The position numbers and the translations under genes are program-made. Below, in pieces: positions 49,299 to 63,817 of a stretch of 64,000 nt of DNA. The notes beneath the pieces were generated by a model. The model did no database searches and was not told where the DNA came from. It worked only from the letters and a program-made list of their open reading frames with translations. Position 1 is the stretch's first letter, and every line of letters begins with the position of its first letter. Source of the DNA: Paragordius varius (Eukaryota > Animalia > Nematomorpha); NCBI GenBank assembly GCA_964247055.1, contig OZ176052.1, forward strand, positions 9,238,001 through 9,302,000, written 5' to 3'.

Positions 49299-52200
49299 AT
49301 GAAGGATTTTCAAACCTTAAAGGAGTTTTTCAAACATAATTCTTTGGATAGTAGTTCAGTTCAGAAAGTATATCTCTATTATTACATAGATAATTAATAT
49401 TATTGGAAGTGATGAAAGTATTGTTTATTTGGAAAGTTTGTTGAAAGCTTTCAGAAATAATAAAATTTCTCCAAAAGATATTGGTGATGCAGCACAATTA
49501 ATTTGGATTATGGAGGTTTATTACATATCTATTTGATAGTTGTTTAGTTTTGGTCTGTTATTGCCATTTAACAAGTATGAAAGTATTAATGAAATATTGC
49601 AACTATATCAATTTTGGATACGGATTTGCTTTTCGGAAAATACAGAAAAAGTTATCCCTTTACCTATTCAAGAAAACCCAAATTTTTTCTTACATAAAAT
49701 GATAGATCATTTAGTGTTTCCATTTTACCCCAGAAAGGATAAAAGTATATTGCAACATAATTTTTCAGATTCCGATATCTTAGGTTACCAGGCTATGGCA
49801 TGCATTCAAATTTTAATGATTTTTAGCTCATTCATAAGCAAACCGTCTAATTTAAATGAACAAAATTTAATTACTCCTGATATTTGGGAACACATACTTT
49901 TCACACTCATAAGAATCTGTGATATGTTATTTAATTTCGAAAACGATGGTAATATAATTTTATATAACAACTAATTTTATTATCCAAGGTCAAATTAAGA
50001 ATATTGGATATATTTAATTGTTGTTATATTACAATTTATATATCTAACCTAAACAAGTGTAAAATCGCATGATATTATACATATTTGTTAAAGCGGGTTG
50101 ATTGAAAAAAATTCAATTTCTAACTAAAAATATTAATTTTTAATGATTAAAATGAAATTTATATTTGGTAGTTGTTTATTTTTTTCGTTTAACCCCCCAT
50201 GTTTTTATCATCAAATAACCATAAAATACAATGTAAAAATTAATATTTTTTACAACTAGTTGTGATAAAAAATATAAATTTGTTTTAAATAATCCGCCGC
50301 ACAATTTTACATTACATTTGCTTATAATTAATTATGTGGGAGCACGACAAAGCATCAATCTCGGTTTTACATAAACTCATAATGAGCTACAAATATAAAA
50401 AAATAATATATTTTTCAAATATCTATAATTTATAATATCTTTATCAATAGAATATTATTTAAATTAATTAAAAATATTGATTTTAACATTTTTTTAATAA
50501 GGGTCATGATGCGGCTAATGACACTTGTATTTTTTTTCATTTAATTGGGCAATATAAATACATACATATATTTCATAGATGTCATAGAAAGCGGAAACTT
50601 AAATAATCCTCATTCTTCTTTGTCTCTGGGAACTTTAATTGGTAGCCAAGCCTTTAAAACACTGTTTGAGGTTTGGATTTTTACATTGGATAGTGTAGCC
50701 CTGATCACATTTCCCTCCGTGGTATTTTGGAATACGCTAGAATCTTTCTGTAAAATGCAATGGAAATACCGTTATATAGTCTTGATTGAACAATGGATAT
50801 CAACTATGTTGCCATTGACTCAAAGATTGATTCGACAACTAAAAGGGCAGAGTTCTGATAAATTTGATAAAGGTTTATTTTAATTAATTCTATAGTTATT
50901 GAATAAATTTTGGGATGATATATTTAAATCAATTTTTTATATAAAATATTTCAATCAATATAATTTGCTATATACAATGCTTTACTCAAAAAAATAAAAT
51001 ATTTAGACGGTTTTCTTTGATAATTGATTATTAATTTCTTTTTTGTTAATGATTTTTTATAAAGAAATATTAGGCCCCAGTAATAAAGGTATAATGGGAA
51101 ATTGAGTATATAACTATTCCGCATTTTTTTGTCCGATTTTATATTTTCCCTTTTTTTAAAATACATAAAAATTTATCTTTATATAGTCTTTGTGTTTACT
51201 AATTCCATATTTTGATATTAATTTATAGATGGCAACAATAAATTACTCGTTATTTATTGGTATAAAATGTTGCGGATACTTGGATCGCCGCAAGACATTA
51301 TATTTCATTGTTGGTTTCATACGCAACAAAAAACAACGAAATCAAATGCAGAGTATGACTTTTATATTTAATAACTAATTTATCAATTAATAACTTGGCA
51401 GTATATGGTATATATAATGGGAACTCATATATTAATTATCGTTTAGAATATTTGATTAAATCAAGAATAAATTGACTTTTTCGGGAATATAGATATATGT
51501 ATATATATATAACACTTTTGGTCAGAATTTATTTTTTGAAGAGATTGCCCCAAAACGAACAACTCTTATTGTTTTAATATCTTTACAAATATAATTTTTT
51601 ATAATATGCCATATTAGACAAATGGATTTTAAACAGGCCGCCAACATTTTATTTGATAAATCTTACAAATTACGGGAAAATATTGCAAACACTCTGCATA
51701 ATGAACTATTCCCTATTGAAATCAGTGATGGAATGAAGTCATATTCTCAACCGCCCTCTGATAAACATGTTAAGAAATCTCCTTCGAAACCTAGCTCACC
51801 AACACACAAAAAGGATTTTGCGTACAAAACATTATTAGCCGAACAAAATCATTTACATTTGTGTTCATTGATATACCTAAGATATATCACTGGAATATCA
51901 CAAATAATTGATTTGTTTTTGGGTATTTTATGAAAATTATCATCTATAAATGTGATATAATGAGTTTACATTTTTATTTAAATTTAAAAATGTTTAATAT
52001 AAAACAAGGTTAAATTAGAATGTGTTTCAAATCACCAAAATGTTTCCTGCTTCTGTAAATAAATAAAAATATTAATAATGAATGGGTTTCAATTCTTTAT
52101 ATAAATCCCTGTCTTAATTGGAATATTTTATCATTTTATAAGTTCTTATATATACTATTCACTTGTTTAAAATTAAATTTAATATATTTCGATAAATATT

Positions 52201-55200
52201 ATTAGGTTACAGCATTAATGAATTAAGGCCTGATGATGAAACTAATAAAATTTTAATGGGGCGAAAATTACCCCCTAGTATGACGGACACTAATCATTCT
52301 TTGTTAAAAGCTATGCCGTCTCTAGCAAATGTCCAATCTCAACAACCACAATTACCCTTAAAGAAAAAACAATCTAATTTAGCTTCAAATGTTTTGCCTT
52401 TGAAAGGTATGTTGATTTATTTTATAATTTATTAAAATATTCTGGTTATATATGAAAATGTAATTATTTTTATACATATAAAATCTCAAATGAACTAAAA
52501 TAAGTAAAACGATATAATTTTAATTACTTAATTCGTTTTTTATGACAAATATTGATAAAATTGTTTAAAGCTTAGTTTAATATACTACAATTGATATTTT
52601 GTTTCGATATGAGATCTATTAATAGAAAATTAATTTTTTATTTAATTTTAACCTATAGATGTAAAATCAACGTCACAACGATTATCGCACAATTTTAGCC
52701 AAGTAGTTACAACAGACTTGGATAAAGGTAAAATAATTATGGAATAACTATTTTATTTTAAAAAATATTACCATTATTAAATATATATATTTTTTTTAAT
52801 ATAATGTTGTAAATATATATTTAATGTAGTGTCCAATACAAGTAAACAATCGATGACCAGCTATTTACTAAATACCTTACTCCCGAACCGTTTTGAAAGC
52901 GTTAGCAAGGATACAAAAATACCATTGTCTAGTTGTGAAAGCCTTTTTACATTGTTTGGAGATTGGTTATTTACATGCGCGGCATTTAATGAAAGTTATA
53001 TATATAGTATTTCCGAAAAAAAATTATTTATTAAATTTAGAGTTTTTACTGAGTAAATAAAAAGCTAAGATGTAAAACATTTTAAGGTAAAACATAAGTT
53101 TAATTATGATGAGCTACAACTTCGAAGTTGGTTGTTTATTTTGCCATGTTTTTAAAACGTTAACGTTTTTATTGTTAGGGTTTCTATAAGGTTAAATATT
53201 CTTAACATTATAGTATACAACTTGTTTAACAATTCATTTCTAAATCCAATAAAATTAGTTGTATTATTTAAAAATTGACACTCGTAACACACTGTCCCGA
53301 TACTCCTTATAAAATCGATTTTCCCTTTGTTATTTCCTCAGAGATTTTATCAAAAATATTATTTTGAGTCAAAATTATTTTATATTTTCCAATCAAAATT
53401 TTTACTTTAGATTTGGAACCATTTACAAGTGAAATATATTTTGAATATGGTAAAGCAGAAGCGATAGGCACATTATGCCGCATGGTTAATCGCTTGAAGG
53501 ATTGTGGCTCATTATCAAATACGTATATGAATGAATTTTTAGCCATGGTAATACATAATGTTTTGTTTTAAGCCTTTAAATGTTATTTTTTCGGAAACAG
53601 TAGATAATTTTATTTTATAAGTCTTGTAACTTATCCTAAATATGTTTAATAGTCACCAACGTACCTTTTTATATAATTTGATTTTTCTATTTAATGTCTA
53701 ATAAAATTGGGTGTCTTTTTCGAATTTATTAAATTTATAATTTATGTTTGATTGGCAAGCCTTGTATTTGTAAATAAAATGTAAAAAAACACCAATGTCT
53801 AGTACAGAGGTGGCCAACACGCGGCCCGCCAAAAATGTGGAATCCATAATTTGCAAAAACCTGTTCACAAAATTTTGATAAATTAATATTCCTTAGACAA
53901 TTTTTTTAAGTAAGTTTATCTTAATAGCAAGAATGAAAAAAATTGTTGCATTCCGTTTTTGTGAAGTCTTATGTTTAAAATTAAATAATTTATTTATGAA
54001 TGCCCATATATATTATAAATGCAGCCCGTCGTAATTTTTAAGTTAAAAATGCGGCTCACAAAGCCGTTTGTGTTGGAGTATTACATAAGTTGCTTTTTGG
54101 TAAAAGTTTATCGCAATCGTAAACAATTAAATATGGTTTAAGTTCAATATTTTTTGCTATATAATTTTTTTAGCTATTATCGAATATAAATCGGTCAACG
54201 CATCAACAAAGAAATTATCTAACTATAACACCCATACAAGCTTGTGTAATACTTAATGTTAATGATTTATTTGCCTCTTCAAATTTTTCTAATCAAACCC
54301 TTATGATTGCACCATCGCTTCTCAATGTAGCAAAACGAATTTATGAAACTACTCTAACCCATCCCTCTGGAGAAACGACTGAGTTATTATTTTTGATTTC
54401 TTTTAAAATTTTTACATTCATATAGTATGGGATATACTATCTAGAGATTACAATTGGAAACATTAATTTTTGGGATCTTTTTTATGAGAAACTTTGGTTA
54501 CGCATAATTAATTGCTATTACTTTTAATTTTTATGTAAACCCTTACACTTAAATCATAATGTGTGTTTTTTAAGAACAACGTAAATTTTTACAGGTTAAA
54601 GTGGATCAAATGGTTTTAGTTTTTGTAAATTTTAAAAAAACAAAATTAATAACTAAATCTCCGTATTGTACTATAAAACAATATAACCTAAACCTTTTTT
54701 ATTAAACATATGTGAAATTACAGAAACCCGAACTCAAACCTTTTCTGGCAATTCCTGAATATTTTTAACTATATATATATATATTGGTTAAATTCATTTC
54801 TTACTAGCATTACAATTGTATCCCAAATGTCAATTTCAACCTGCTTATTACGACATGCTTGTTTGCAAATTTTACAATCACTCATATGCCTACCAAGTTG
54901 CTATCCCTCAAAATGTATTTTGCATCTCAAAAGCTTTGATTCTTTGAATATGGAGGGAATTGAATCTAGCAATCTAACTCTCATGCACTTGCAAAAACCT
55001 ATTATAGATTTATTATGTTTGGCTTTGGAAAAAGAAACATATTCAACAAATATCTCACTTTTATTTGGTAAGAACAATTATTTGTTATGCTTTTAATATG
55101 TAACTCTACTTATTTTGTAACCAATCAGACATTGTGATTCAACTTTTTCAACAAATGTCAAGCTACAAAAAGGCGCATGGAGTTCCAGGTTACTGTTGTT

Positions 55201-58200
55201 TAATTTTATTAAATATAAATAACCTTGAAATTATATCCAAAAATGTATTTTAGGAGATACCTTGTCATGTAATATTCCAAATATTGCAAGCCATTATTCA
55301 GTTCAAGTATAATTTAATATTTCATATACATCTAATATTATTGCATCGCATTTTTTTAATTCTTTTATAAATACTTTGAGTTAAGATTTTTAAAAATAAT
55401 TTAAAAAATATATTTTTCTCTAGGCTAAATCCGAAGAAAATGGACATTCGTATTGGTGTTTTGATTGCTTGTTTAAACGTATTGTTTTGGACCTTATCTT
55501 GGAAAATTACATTAATAAATGGATAGTAATTGTTAATGCACATACCATCCCTATTGGAAATCATGGACATCACAAGGAAGATTACAGCATAATTATTAAA
55601 ACTTTAAATTGTTTGTCTGAATTGGCAAACATTCCCGTTTTAATATACAAACGTAAGTTTATTAAAAAAATTTTATAAGTAATGAATGAAATATTTCTTA
55701 CGATTTGTAGGGTAGATGCTTTTGTAATGCGGCATAACTTCATCTGTTTTTTTAGTTGATATGTTGAATTTGTTCGGGAAAATCTGTTTTTTTGGGATGT
55801 TTCTGGGCAACAAATTTAAAAGTGCCCTTATTTAATTATAATATATAGTGTGCATATAATATTATTAATATATTTCAATAAATTATTAAAATAGCAGTTT
55901 ATATATTATCAAAGTTTACTAGAAAAATAAATGATCTCTTTTGTAAAATGTTGTAGATTTTAACTCAGTAAATTTAAAATTTAGCACTTTGTGAAACACT
56001 TATTCAAAGCTTATGTACATGCATTGCTCAAATGTCTTCGGTTTTACCGACTAAACATACACGTGAATTACATAACACAATAATATGCGCTTTTGAATGT
56101 ATTGGCTCATGGATAGCATCACACAATTCTCTGATTAATGATTCGAATCTTTTACATAAACTGATTGCTACCATAGATATTGGGGTTTATGGACCAACTC
56201 CCTCTTCTTTGTCTACAACAAATGAAGTTTCTATGCTTAATTTGCTTTTCAATTAAATTTACAGTGCTTTTATTCGAGAATAGGGTTTGTTGGGTATAAT
56301 TGGATTTAGCTTTGTATATACATATTAGCAATTTATGGAAACACAAATTATCTGGTAGGGGTTAAACTATAAACATAGGCTAAGTCTTATAAATTGGTTG
56401 TCAGATATTTTAGGTGAAAGAGCTTAATACGTCATTCATTTTTGAGGTATAGTAGAGAAAAACATTTTAATAACGGAATATTTTCAACCTATTATTCTGC
56501 CTAATACATAATGAAAATTTTTTTGGAATTTGGTGAATTAGATCGGTCATTTTTTATATATTAATAATAAGGACTTTAGTTTTAATTTAATGCAAAAATA
56601 TTTGGAATTTGGTGAAATAGATCTGATAATAGAAGGTATGAAATTTGCATATAAAATGAAGTTGTTTAAGAAAGGCGCGAAGAATTTAAATGAGAAAATA
56701 ATTTTTTGATTTATTTTTCATTTATGAGTTCCGGAACTCAGCTATAATAAATTAATAACTTTTAATGTTGCTTATATAAATTCAGTTTAATTATTGGCAA
56801 TTTTTCATCTTTGGAAATAAAACATATTTTTCTAAGTTTTATATTTTACTTTTTTTATAATTTATATTTTTCGAATGCATCTAATTCAAATTTCAACTTT
56901 ATTAGGAACAAGAATCAAGTGGAAACATTAAAAACCCTTTACCTATTTCTAAGCGTGTCGCAAAATCTGCCCTACTACTTTTGTGCTCATTGGTAACTTT
57001 AAAGGTGAATAATATTTATCATATAATTTTATGGATTATTTGATTTTATTTTAAACTTGGATATTCTAAACAATGAAATGATATTCTAAATTTATTATGT
57101 GAAAATCAATTTGTTTAACGTTTGTATTTTAAATAAAAAATATATTTAATATTATTTTTCTTTTTAGACAACGCGTAAAAACAACAACATTTCTAATAAT
57201 AAAACGCTTTTAACCACCCCTTTGAATATTAATTCCGAACTAAGTATGATTGATAAAAACGATCTGGTCGCATATGCTGCATGCGGAAAACAATCCATAT
57301 TTGGAATTTCAAATTTTAAGGGTATAAAATTTATATGCAAAAATTATTCTTTTTCGATACAAGAGTAAAAATATGTTATAATTTTTTATAAATTGTGAAA
57401 GTAATAATATGTTTTAAGGTTTTTCTATCAATAAATCAAATCATATAAATTATTTAGATGACAATTTTGTACTCGTAATTTACAATGTTTTTGGAAGGCA
57501 TGTTTGGAATATCTCATTGGTTGATTCTCCTCCCCGGCTCCAAGAAGTTTTGTTTTTAATATTTATTTTGATTTGCTTACATATTTCTTTAGGTGTATTT
57601 TTCAAATGATATTAATCATTTATGGCCAGGAATCAAAACCGTTTTTGTAGGGACCACCTGTTTTTTGATTTTTTTAAAAAAATTAAGAAAATAATATTAA
57701 CCTTAATTATTAAAATTGTTTTTTATTTAGGTCATATAAAAATATATTTATTAAAGATTTATTTTAGAGATGATAGCAAATATGTTTGTGGCTTATATCT
57801 ATTATGGCTTTTAAAAAAAATTTTAAATAAATTAAATAAAATAATATTGAAAAAAAATTTTTTGAAACCAAAACCATTTTATTCAGCGCTTTCTTGAATA
57901 ATTATCTAGACCCGCTACTTAAACCAACGACAATAAATTGTCTTGAAACCGCCAATATCTTTAGAATGTATTTTTTTAATGAAATTATCTTTTTGTTTTT
58001 TTAATAACCACCAGACTTCTATGAATAAAGATAAAAATGAGCCAGAAAGAAGGAAAGAAATTATTTGCCAGTGCAATATATCTCCACAGAAAATAAGACC
58101 GTTTCCTATACCCTCTCCCACAACACTTTTACCTATCGACAATTACATTAGTCATGATTCTTTAATGAATGAAAACCATTTGGAAAATTTAAGCTCTCAT

Positions 58201-61200
58201 CGAGATGATAAAATTCCACAATCTAATTTGGTGGCTTCTGTTTCACATGAAAATTTTAAAACACAATTTCGAAATCACCTAAAACTCGAAAACGGTATAT
58301 TTAAAATTTATACGACCGAAGTTGCTTAATAAAAAAAAATCAAAAAAAGATAATAATAAACTTTAAATGACACATATTTCATAAAAAATTAATATTGTCT
58401 TTCAAAATTAAGATGTTATCAAGAAATTGGAGAAAAAACCACCTCCAAAATTCTCACCAAGTTTGCAAAGGTATAATTATATTAATATTTTATGTATTTT
58501 TAATTTTTAACTTTATAGGATCATTCTTACCTAATTTATACTTTTAGATTGAAGAAGGCTCATTCTAAAACCGTTGCAAAATCGTTTTTGAGTCAATTAG
58601 GTTACTATGACCAATTTCCAATTAATGTAAGGTTTTAATATTATTAATATTTTTATTAAAAATTTTGAAATCTTAGAACTTTTCCCAATCCAATCGTTTT
58701 TTCAGTCATTCAAAACAAAGTGCAAATGCGTTTTTATTGAAAAATTTTGTATATTAAGATTTTCTTATTGTTCAAATATATTTTTTGTGTTTGCATGCTA
58801 ACACATAGTTTTTTGACAAAATACCAAATTGATAGTTATTAAAAAAATTGGTTGTTTATCTTTAAATTAATTTTATCTTTTAGGATATGGATATAAATAA
58901 TTCCATAAACTCTGCTGCAACATTCCTGTCTTTATCCGATAAACAAACCTGTAATGATTTTGCTAAAACTCTCAATAAACTTGATTGTCCTATGCCAATT
59001 AATAAAGAATTTATTATAAATTTTATTCTGAAAACCGAACAGGGTCACACATCACATGATGGGGATCCGCAGGTTTTGTATAATAAAAATATTTTTATTT
59101 TCTAACGAAAAATTATTTATTTTTTATGCTTTTTTTTTCTTTGTAGAACAATCTAGATCAATCATATAAACGATTTTGTCAAGTGTTAGGGACCGATTTT
59201 ATGGGTATAATATTCGCATTATATGCATTTTGGCTTATATCCAGAAGGCTTGAATAAAATGCGGCTTTATTTTTTGGAATTTATATGGCTTCTTTTTTTC
59301 TGTTTGGAACTTTTTTATCAAATTTAATTCAAATCTATTCAAAATAAAATGTTCTTTACCGTTTAGCTTTTTATAGCGATCTAAACATTTTTATATGGCT
59401 TCTTTATATATATGGTTATATTCATTTAAAATAAACCACTGCAAGGTTTATTTTTTATTTTAAAAAATGTGTCATATAACTACTATATTAGAATAAAATT
59501 AAAACTCTTTGAGGGCTATCATTCGATTATTATTAAATAAGGTTTTTGAGTTTAACTCCTATTTCTTATAGACTCCTCTCACATTAAGATTGACAAATAT
59601 AGAAGTCTAGGCTATATCAATGTTCAACCCATTTCACTTGATCAAGGTTCCTAATTTTTTATCATTTAAATTTATTTTATTTATATATATTTAACTTCAT
59701 AAAACTTTTTGAACCAGTAAAATATCAATTGATTCTAATCAAATATCCAAAAAAATTATAATTTTATATCTCTAGTTAAGTCACACTTGCAAGAGGAAAT
59801 CGCAAAGCTTATTAATCAAGTTAGTATTATATTGTTATATTATGCTGATAAGCCTACTGTTTTTTTTTCGAATTTTTATTTGATTTGCCATAATATTGAT
59901 TTACTAAATAAGTAATAAATTAATACTATATTATGTTTTTTTGATTCCAATTTTACAGACCGGTGAAGAAAAATTACAAATATACCTGTGCATTTGGATA
60001 ATATCCGAGTCATTAATTGACAATATATCTTTGGGTATATATTTTATTATATGCCATTTACAATTCAAATTCACCCTAAAAATAAATTATGTGTTTCGGG
60101 CGAATATAATTCATTATTAATATCAAATATAACTTTATGGCTTAGTTTATTATTTTTCAGTATTATTTTAATTACAAACAATATTTCATTTTTTAGAAAT
60201 ATGAAAAAATATAGTTAATATTTAATCTTAAAAAACACATAATTTATTTTAGCGGGAATTTGAATTGTTCAAGGGTAAATTTGAAGTGTATATGGTATAC
60301 ATTACGCAAAAATACGTTAAAAAACTGATATACCAAAATTACAGGAAAAATTGAAATTTACAGGCAAAATGTAAAAACATAAAGACAAATAATTTTTTTC
60401 AAAAGACAACTATATTTTTTTTTAAACTTGGTGTTTTTAAATAAAGCTCATTTTTAAAATGCAAAGTATGAAATAGAGATGTTGATAGATGATTTAATCA
60501 ATTATTTATTTACAATTGTAATTTAATATATATGTTGGTTTAAAAAAATATGGTTTTGTAAAATTGTCTTTAAGTTTTTACTGTATTTTAAAAAAAAATT
60601 TTTAAAATTTGTCACAACTCGCCAACTAATTTTAGTAATGCAGACATACCTGCCATACAAATATAAACTTAACCAATTATACTGCTATTTATGGTGTTAA
60701 CATAATCAAACAGATTGATAAATTGAGATTGATTTTGATGAAATTTGAATTTAAATTTATTTGGGTTAATTGCGATTTTAATAGATTATAATCGGTCACA
60801 CTTAAACCAAAATCACTACGATTCTAGCTCTCCTATTATTTTTAGTTTTAAAATTTGATTAAAATTTAACCTGAGTTGGAATTCGTATGCATTTATAATA
60901 TGCAAAAATATGAAAAGAATATCATTTACATGAGATTTATTTTTTGCCAGGTAACGGTTTATTGGAATCTTATGAGAATCATACAATATTTTATGTTAAA
61001 CCACTGAACACCGGTCTTGTCAAATTAATTGTTGTGCAATATCCATTGAATGGTGAAAGGTATATATAAAATACATATTTTATCAACTTTATTTAAATCC
61101 TTATTAATTGTCATTTAGTTAGTCTCCAAAAATATTTAATTATAATCATACAGCAGATATTGCGTCGTTTAAAATGTGATACAATTGGAATTTGCCTTTT

Positions 61201-61778
61201 TTAATAACCAAATGTTTTTCTATATTTATTTTTATTGATTTCTACCATTAATTTATATTATATAAGTTGTGTATATTATCTCTTAAATTCACATATGTTT
61301 ATTAATATGCCAACTTATATGTTAAAAAGTTTCTTCACACTTGATTGCAAAACACCAGTTCAAAATTAAATGTTTAAGTATTTTGACTATTTATATAAAA
61401 AATTTGCTTTTAAATGGTTTCACGTGCCGCAAATTTTATTTTAATTTCTTATTGTTTACAATTTTTGTCGATTTATGATAGATGCGATAATCCTATCACC
61501 ACCCGTATCATTCCAATTCACAATTTATGGTCTGTGATAAAATATATAATAACTGCAAATAATGTCATAGTTCAAGAAGTAGAAAGGTAATGTTTGTTTT
61601 ATCATTATAATTGATTTAATACGGATTAAAATATTTTATACCCATTTTTTTCATTTATTTTTTTTCATTTAGTGTGGATAATACAATACAAAATAGCATA
61701 GGATATCTGGTTGATAAATTTGGTTGTAGATCTATCAAATCACCAATTTTAACGTCGTTATCTATTTCCTCTATGTGA
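49299..61778 (+). CDS. RALGAPB: Ral GTPase-activating protein subunit beta
   Basis: Colinear matches to recalled RALGAPB motifs across more than 20 exons: WIME-LFSFGLLLP, LFEVW...EQW, LFGDWLF, YGKAEAIGTLCR, ET..N..LLFG, HTRELHNTIICAFEC, FGRHVW, FYVKPLNTGL. Stop TGA at 61776-61778. Confidence 0.9.
53805..54077 (+). mobile_element. hAT-MITE in a RALGAPB intron, right TIR truncated
   Basis: CAGAGGTGGCCAACACGCGGCCCG at the left end; GCGGCTCACAAAGCCGTTTGTGTTGGA at the right end. Confidence 0.55.
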
Positions 61779-62752
61779 AGAATACTATTCGGAAAAAATT
61801 TTATGATATATTAATTTATATTAGCAATAGTTTTATGTTGAATTATTTATTTCACTGTCAGATATTTTAAATAAATAATTATTTGAATAACAAATGATGG
61901 CTTTGTCAAAAGAGCTAATAATCAGATAAACAAGAATATTATCGATTAATATTAAATATTTTGTGACAAAATTGGGCCTTAATGTAAATTTAAATATTTT
62001 TAAGGACTATAGGTTTATAAATTTTTAAAATTTTGCATATATATTACCAATTTCAGATATTGTTTTCCTAAATAAAAAATGGATTATTTTAATTAATTTT
62101 TCTAAGTTAAATGTTTTAAAATATATACTATGTTTCAGTGAATTTTCTGTTATCGCATTTAGAGTCTTGTCCTATAATTTTTGCCGGTAATGTTAGAGCA
62201 TGGATTATACACCCGCAATTTATATTTTTGTGGGCGGTTTCTAGGGGAGCGTTAGTTAAACATTGCCATCTGCAAATATATTTTTACCGGGTTTGGATTG
62301 AGATTTGGGCACATAATTTCTTGTCACCCAGTGGTTGTTTTGTATGGTCCGATTGGAGTTATAATTCATATTGTAGCATTACACCCTTTTAGTAAATGTG
62401 ACCAAATGTTGGTTAAAAAAGAAATTTTAAGGCTTATTGATCAAAACTAATTTTTATCGCAAAGATTAGCATATATTTAAAATTTTATCACAAAAGGTGC
62501 GTTAATTTATGACAGGAGGAGTGTAATTTAATATATATTTTCAAAAAGATCTTGATTTTTTTTAAATATAACACATTGTTTTAATCTACAAAGTATAATA
62601 CAGAAATGTAAATTTGTAATACAATCAATCATTATATTTACAATATTAATAAATAGTTTATATAGTATAAATTAAGGTTTAAAAAAGTATGGTGGTCTTT
62701 TGAAAAAAAATTTTCTTTAAATTTTTATATTTTGTCCGTATAATATGAATTA

Positions 62753-63817
62753 CAGTATGAATTTTAATGTTGTTAAGTAATTTTATTGCCTGACGAATAA
62801 CATAAATGGTTTATGAAATGCGTAAAATACTGACCCACAAAATTATTTCGTAGTACACATATGAAAGAGGATTGACGTGAGAATTAACATAGGCTTAAAT
62901 TTGATGGATATTTTGTAATGTTAAATTTTGGAAATATTATAGCAAATTATGTTAACATTTGAAATATTGTTGTTAAATAAAAAAACAAAAAAAAAATTTT
63001 TACTATTATTAAAACCGAAATTTTCACTTGTTTTAAAATGTCCAAAATATGTAGTAATTAATTACAATTAACAATGTTAAATAAAAAAACAAAAAAATTA
63101 ACTTTTAACTAAATTTATTAAAAACCGCAATTTTTACCTGTAATTATTAAAATGTCCAAAATATGTAGTAATTAATTAAAATTAACAATGCAAAACCTAA
63201 AAACAAAAAAAATTAAATTGTTACTAAATTTATTAAATCCGCAATCTTTGCCTGTAAAAATGTCCAAAATATGTAGTAATTAATTACAATTAACAATGTT
63301 TAATAAAAAACAAAAATAGTTAAATTTGACTATGAATACTTAAAAATTGACAATGAAAAACATAAAAAACAAAAACAATCTAAAATCTACTTTAATTTTC
63401 ACCAATATATATTTCCCTGTATTTTTAATTAGTGATAACAACTTTATAAAATAATAATACCAATTTTGATTAATACAGGTATTTATCATCTTGCAAAATA
63501 TTAATTATTAAATTTAATTAGGAATGATTAACATAAATAATCTTAAAATACCTATTTTACTATTTATTAAAGAAAACCCACAAAATTCCGCATCTAAATA
63601 CGTAACAACAATATTACAAATGTTAACATAAATTGCTATAATATTCTCAAAATTTAACATTACAAAATATCCATCAAATTAAAGCCTATGCTCACGTTAA
63701 TCCTTTCATATGTGTTTTACGAAATAATTTTGTGGGTCAGTATTTTACGCATTGGATAAACCATTTATGTTATTCGACTGGCAAAAAATTACTTAACATA
63801 CATTAAAATGCATACTG
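62753..63817. mobile_element. Tc1/mariner-like non-autonomous element with ~220-bp TIRs and an internal ~110-bp tandem triplet
   Basis: TA|CAGT at the left, ACTG|TG at the right. 62753-62977 is the reverse complement of about 63600-63817. AAAATGTCCAAAATATGTAGTAATTAATTA recurs near 63035, 63149 and 63257. Confidence 0.75.
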
